Source of the DNA: Hyalangium minutum
Lineage (GTDB): Bacteria; Myxococcota; Myxococcia; Myxococcales; Myxococcaceae
Length of the DNA stretch: 62,000 nucleotides
NCBI RefSeq assembly: GCF_000737315.1
Contig: NZ_JMCB01000003.1
Span: forward strand, 206,001 to 268,000
Reading direction: 5' to 3'
Under the pieces are notes generated by a model. The model ran no database searches and was not told the origin of the DNA. It was given only the letters and a program-made list of their open reading frames with translations. The position numbers and the translations under genes were made by a program. Of the stretch, positions 33,701-39,700 are shown one piece after another. Numbering within the stretch: position 1 is the stretch's first letter; each line of letters opens with the position of its first letter.

Positions 33701-36700
33701 ATGAAGTGGATGCGAGCGTGCCGCATGCTCCGGCGCTCGTGGCCTCCGTGCCTGTGGCAGGAGCCACAGGGGTGGTGGCGCTCGCGGATGCCCGCAGGTG
33801 CGTGGTGGGAGCCACGGCGCGGTGCTTCCGCGTGGAGGGAACCGCCTTGACGCTCCAGGGTGAAGCGCGGCTGCCGGACACGGCGATCGCCGCCGACGGT
33901 CCGGGGCCGTGGCTCCTGGCGGGCACGGCCAGCGGTCTGTCCGTGGTGGATGCGCGGGGAGCTCCCTCGATGGCGGGGTACTACCCGGCACTGGCGGGGC
34001 GGGTGGCTGCAGGGGACGGCCGCATCGTCGCGGCGGCGCCGGGCCGCAGCTCCCTCCTGAAGCTGCGGCGGAGCGTGGGAGCGCCCACGGTTCACCTGGA
34101 GCTTCCTCCCTCGGCGGCTCCTGGCGCGCGGGTGCCCGTGGTGGCCAGCGTGGAGGGGCTCTCGGACCCTCGGGATGGCTACACGGCGGAGCTGCGTGTG
34201 CGCGGCACGGCTGTCCAGGTGCTCAAGGGGCGGCTGCCGCAGTCCGTGGATCTGCCGCGTGACGGCACGGCGGCGCAGGTGGCCCTGCGGGTGGTGGATC
34301 TCGCGGGCCATGAGGCGCTCGCGCAAGGAACCGTGGCGCTCGTGGATGATGGGGCGGGCCCGGCGCTGGCGGCGCTGCAGGCGCGGGCGGAGGTGCCCTC
34401 GGGCGCCTTCTTCTCGCTGGCGGCGGTCCCGGCGGATCCCGCGCGGGTGGCCTCTGTCGAGTACTCCGTGGACAGCACGGTGCTGGGACGCGCGGATGCT
34501 CCGGCGCTGGCTTGGCGGCTGCGGGCTCCCACGGTGTCCACGGACACGGCCTTCACGGTGAGCGCGGTGGCATTGGACGCGCAGGGCCGCCGGGGCGCGC
34601 CGGTGCAGGCCTCGGTCTGGGTGCGGGCAGGAACGGGGGCGGCACTGCCCACGGTGTCCCTGGCGCGCGTGGGCACCGGGTCGATCCAGGAAGGCACGGA
34701 GGTGAGGGTCCGGGCCACGCTCACGCCGTCGGTCCCCGTGGCCGAGGTGCGCTTCAAGATGGACGGAGAGGAGCAGCAACGCCTGATGCTTCCCCCGTAT
34801 GAGGCGGTGCTGCGGATGCCGGTGGGAACGGGCTCGCGCGGCGTCACAGTGGAGGCGGTGGCGGTGGATGACCAGGGCCGCGAGTCGGCCGCCGCGCTCC
34901 TACCGCTCACGGTGGTGGATGACCTGACGCCTCCGGTGGTGGCCCTCGAGGTGGATCCCTCGGGAGAGGTGCTGACAGCTGGGAGCCGTGTGCGAGCCAC
35001 CGCGATCGCGTCCGATGGAGGAGCGCTCGAGTCCTGGTCCGTCCGGGCGCTGTTGGCGAACGTGGAACTGGCCAGCGGAGGTGGCCGGCTGGACTTCACC
35101 GTGCCCGCGAGCACTCCGGCCGGGACCTTGGTGGAGATCGTCGCCACGGCGCGGGATGTGGCGGGCAACGTGGCGACGAGCCGGGTGACGAAGACGGTGC
35201 TGGCCCCCGTCCTGCCCGACGGCGGCGTCGTGGTTGCCGGGGACTTCGTGGGAGCGGACCGCCTGACCCTGCGCGGGGACTTCGTCTATGCGACGACCCC
35301 GAGAGGACTGGCCGTGGGGCGGGTGCGGTGGGGAGAGACGCCCACGATCGAGCCGGTGAGCTTCCTCGCCACGGACGTCGCGCCTTCCTCGTTGGCGGTC
35401 CAGGGCCCGTGGGCGGTGCTGGTGCTGCCAGGGAGAGGGCTGTCGATCGTCAACATCGCGGATCCGGCGCAGCCCCGGGTGCGCGGCACGCTCGCGGGCA
35501 CCTTCACCAAGGCCCTGGCAGGGGATGGGCTCTATGTGCAGGGGAACTCCCTTTTCGAACTCGATCTGGAGGTGCCCTCCACTCCCGTGCTGAGGAACAT
35601 GGCGGTATCGGCAACGGCGGTGGACGGCACGGCCGACGGGGTCGTCTTCAACTCCTACTCCTACCTCATGGTCCGCGCGCGGCTGACCAGCGGCCTCAGT
35701 GGCTACCTGTCGCTCCTGTGGCCCGTGGGAGTGCCTCAGACGGCTCGCTGGAACGATGGGAAGCTGCTGGTCGGGACGGATCGCTCTCTCGCCGTGCTCG
35801 TCCGCAGTGGGGACAGCCTCGGCGTGGCCCAGGAGGTACCGCTGCCCGCGGGGGTTCGCGCCATGGCCGTGGCGGATGGCCGGGTCTGGCTCGCCTGCAC
35901 GGACGGCAAGCTGAGATGGGTGGACGTCCGCAACCCCACGGCTGCCCAGGTCATCGCCCAGGAGGCGCTCCCGGCCCGTGCGCTCGAGGTCTCCGGAGGG
36001 TTGATGCTCGCCACGACGGCGCAGGGGATCTTCGTGCGCCGGCTTCCGAACCTGGGCGCGGCGGGCAGTGCTCTGAGTACCCCGGTGGGAGGTCTGACCC
36101 TGGATGACGCGCCTCGGGCGGTGACGTCGTTCCGGCGGGGCGTATTGGTGGCGGCAGGGCTCGCCGGCGTGCAGCGGATCGTCCTGGACGATCCTTCCCA
36201 CCCCAGCCGCGTCTCCCAGTCCGTGGCGGGGTTGGCCCTGAAGCAAGTCGAGCGCACGGGCGAGCAGGTCTTCACCCTGAATGGCACGACGCTCTCGATC
36301 CACGTGGAGCAGTGGGATGGAAGCCTGGTGAGGGATGGCGGTGCCTCGGATCGGCTGGCGGCGCTCGGCAGCGTGGAGCGCTTCGCCGTCTCGCCGAGGA
36401 GGCTGTGGGCGGTGTCGGGAGGCACGGTGTCCTCGATGGGGCTGCCCTCGGTGGATCAGAAGGTGTCCCTGCTGCTGGGCTCCGCCACGCTGGACGTGGC
36501 GGGAGACGAGACGCGTGCCGTGGTGGCCCTGGGCCGCGCGGGCGCGGCGGTGGTGCTGGTAGATGGCGCGGGGACGCTGAGGCTGGGCGCGATGATTCCG
36601 GAGGTCCACACGGACGCGGTGGCGGTGGACGGCGACCTCGCGCTGCTGGGAGGCCCCTCGGGCTTGGCGGTGGTGGATCTCAGCGCTGCGAGCGGGCCCG

Positions 36701-39700
36701 TGCGCCGGGCCTCGCTGCCCACGGCGGGAGCGGTGCGCCGTGTGAGGCTGGAGGGGCGGCTGGCCCTGGTGAGCGAGGGCTCGGCGGGAGTCGAGCTGTG
36801 GAATGTCTCCCAGCCCGCCGCGCCGGTGCTCCTGGGCAAGCTGTCCACGCCGCGCGCCGAGGACGCGGTGGTGGCCGCGGGGCACATCGTCGTCGCGGAC
36901 AGTGTGGCGGGCGTAAAGGTCTTCTCCCTCCCCGCGGCTGGGGTGAACCCGGTGGTTCGGGTGGTGCCGGACGCGTCCAGCGTGGAGGCGGGGTCCTGGC
37001 TGGAGGTCTCGGCGCGGGTGTCGGGCGTGCAGGTGGATACGGCCGAGCTGCTCGTGGAGGGGCAGGTGCTCAGCCGGATGGACGAGCGGGCGGCGGTGGG
37101 CCGCTACCTCGTGCCAAAGCAAGCGGTGGTCGGCCGAGAGCTGGCGGTGCAGGTCCGGGCGCGCACCGCCTCCGGAGCCGAGACACTGTCGGCTCCGGTC
37201 TTCGTGAGGGTGTCAGCGCCCACGAACCTGCCGGAGATCGTCCTCTACCCGAACTCGCCCAACTCCGGCTGGTCGTACTACTCCGCGAGCAGCATCTCCG
37301 TGTCCGCGGTCTACGGGGGGGCCCTGGCCCCCGTCTCGGCGCGGGTCCGCTGGGCGGGACAGGACCTGGGAGCGCTGACGGTCATGGACACCTCCATCCA
37401 TGGGGAGCTGCGCATGCCGGTGGTGGGAGCGGACACGACGGGGACGCTGGAGTTCGTGCTCGTCGATGCGGCGGGGCGGATCAAGACGGCCTCCGTCCCG
37501 TCCATCAGGGTGCTGGCTCCCCAGGATCCGCTCCCCCAATCCGTCTACGGGCTGCCCTCCCGCCTGTACTCGGCGCCCTATGACAACGCCTTCACGGCTC
37601 AGGCCTACTGCTACACTTGGTGCAACGTGCGCGTGGAGCGCAATGGCGTCACCATCGCGAGCACCCTGAGTACCTCCCCGTACACCGGGTGGCGAAGCCT
37701 GCCAGTCTCGCTGGTGCTTCCGGGAGAGACCACTGGAACGCAGCAGACGCTGACGATCGTGGCCGAGGACTCGGCAGGCCGTCAGGTCCGGCAGGAGCAG
37801 CGCTACACCGTGCTCCGGGATGATCTGGTCCCGTCGGTGTCCCTCTACGCGCCGTACTCCGCTTCCGAGGGCGCGACTGTCTCCGTCTCCGCCTACGCCT
37901 CGTTCCCACCGGGGCATCAGATCCGGTCGCTGCGGTTGTTGGCCAATGGGGTCGAGATCGCCTCCGTGGTGGGCCCCACGCTATCGGGCGTGCCCTATAC
38001 GTTCCCCAGTGTCAGCGTCACCTCGACCGTCCGCTTCGAGGCGATTGCCACCGATCACCTGGGGCGCGAGGGACGCGCGGAGCAACTCGCCCAGGTTCTT
38101 CCAGACGCGCCGCCCAGCGCATCTATGTATGCGTCCCCAACGCCTGTGCAGGGCTACCCGATCTACGCGTGCATCAATGCCGCGGATGACGTGAGGCTCA
38201 CGGCCGTGACCTTCAAGGCGGGAGAGGAGACGTTGTGGAGCTGCACGAGCGGCTGCTCGGCCTACTTCTCCACGTCCTTCTCCAAGTGCGTCCAGAGCGC
38301 GTCTCGCTACACAGGGAGCGAGATCGTCCTGAGCGCGGAGCTCACCGACAGCGTCGGCCATACTGTCACGGAGACGCGGCCCTACGCGGTGGCGCAGAAC
38401 CAGCCGCCGACGGTGACGCTAACGTCCAAGAGCTATCTGGTGGCCGGACAGGGGGGGACCCCTGTGTACGCGAGTGCCTATGATGAGGCCCACATGCAGT
38501 CGCTCAAGGTGCGGGTGGGCGACACCCTGATCGCGCAGAGCACCTCCTCCTACTATGCCCAGAGTGGTCTCTCCTGGAGCGGTTCCTACACGCCCAGCTC
38601 TCCGGAGTCGTTCGTTCTCGAGGCGGTGGCGGAGGATGGGGCGGGCCTACAGACCGTCCTGCGCAAGCAGGTGCCTGTCTTGCCCGCGGGGTCGGGGCAG
38701 AGCTGTGAGAAGCCCGTCCCGATCGGCATGGACCTCACGCTGAGGCCGCCTCAGGTGCAGCTGCAGAGCACGTTCTACTCGCGGTGTGGGACCTTCTATA
38801 CGGGCTCGTGGCACACCCTGCCGTTCGACGGGCCCGTCGAGGAGATCTCCTTGAGGGCCTATTCCGACTCTTGGTACTGGCCAACCCTCATCGTGAAGGA
38901 CGGCTGTGACGCCTCGGCGGCGCAGTTCTGTCCATATTCCTCGTCGTCTTCCGATGTCTCCACGCGCGCCACCTCGCTCTCCTCCCAGGCGCGTGTCTTC
39001 CTCTCTCAGGTCACAGGGGACGTTTATGTCTCCTTCGCCCGGCTGGGCATGGGCGCCCGGTGCATCCCGGGCTCTACCTCCGTGGTCTGCTCCAACAGCG
39101 TCTGCCGTGAGCAGAGCAGTGGTGAGTACCGATGCGCTCCCGAGGCCTGCAGGGATGGCCTGGACAATGACGGCGATGGGCGCGTGGACTTCCCAGCGGA
39201 GCCGGGCTGCACGTCCGCGACGGACGACGACGAGACAGACCCCGTGCCGCTCCCCACCTGCGCCAACGGGGTGGACGAGGATGAGGATGGGGCCATGGAC
39301 TGGCCGGCGGAGACGGACTGCCCCTCTGCCTCCAGCAACGGGGAGCACCCGACCTCCTGCCAGGTGACGCCGCTGACCCTGCTGGGCTCCCGCATGCGGA
39401 TCGACTTCTCTCAGGCCTCGAATCTGGACGATCTGGTGTGCAGCACCTCCGGCTCGGGGCCAGACCAGGTCGTGAGGGTGGAGGTGCCAGGCCAGGCCTC
39501 GCTCTCTGGATCGCTGATGGAGCCGTACGGGTACCCAAAGACGCTGGCGCTCCGAAAGAGCTGCACGGACGGAGGAGCGTTCCTCGCCTGTGCTCCGGCG
39601 GAGTGGCAATCGGTTTGGGATGATGGACGTTGGGTATCTCAGTCTGTGGCCATGACGAGCGCGGAGGTGGGGCCCGGCTCCTACCTGTTCGTGGCGGACT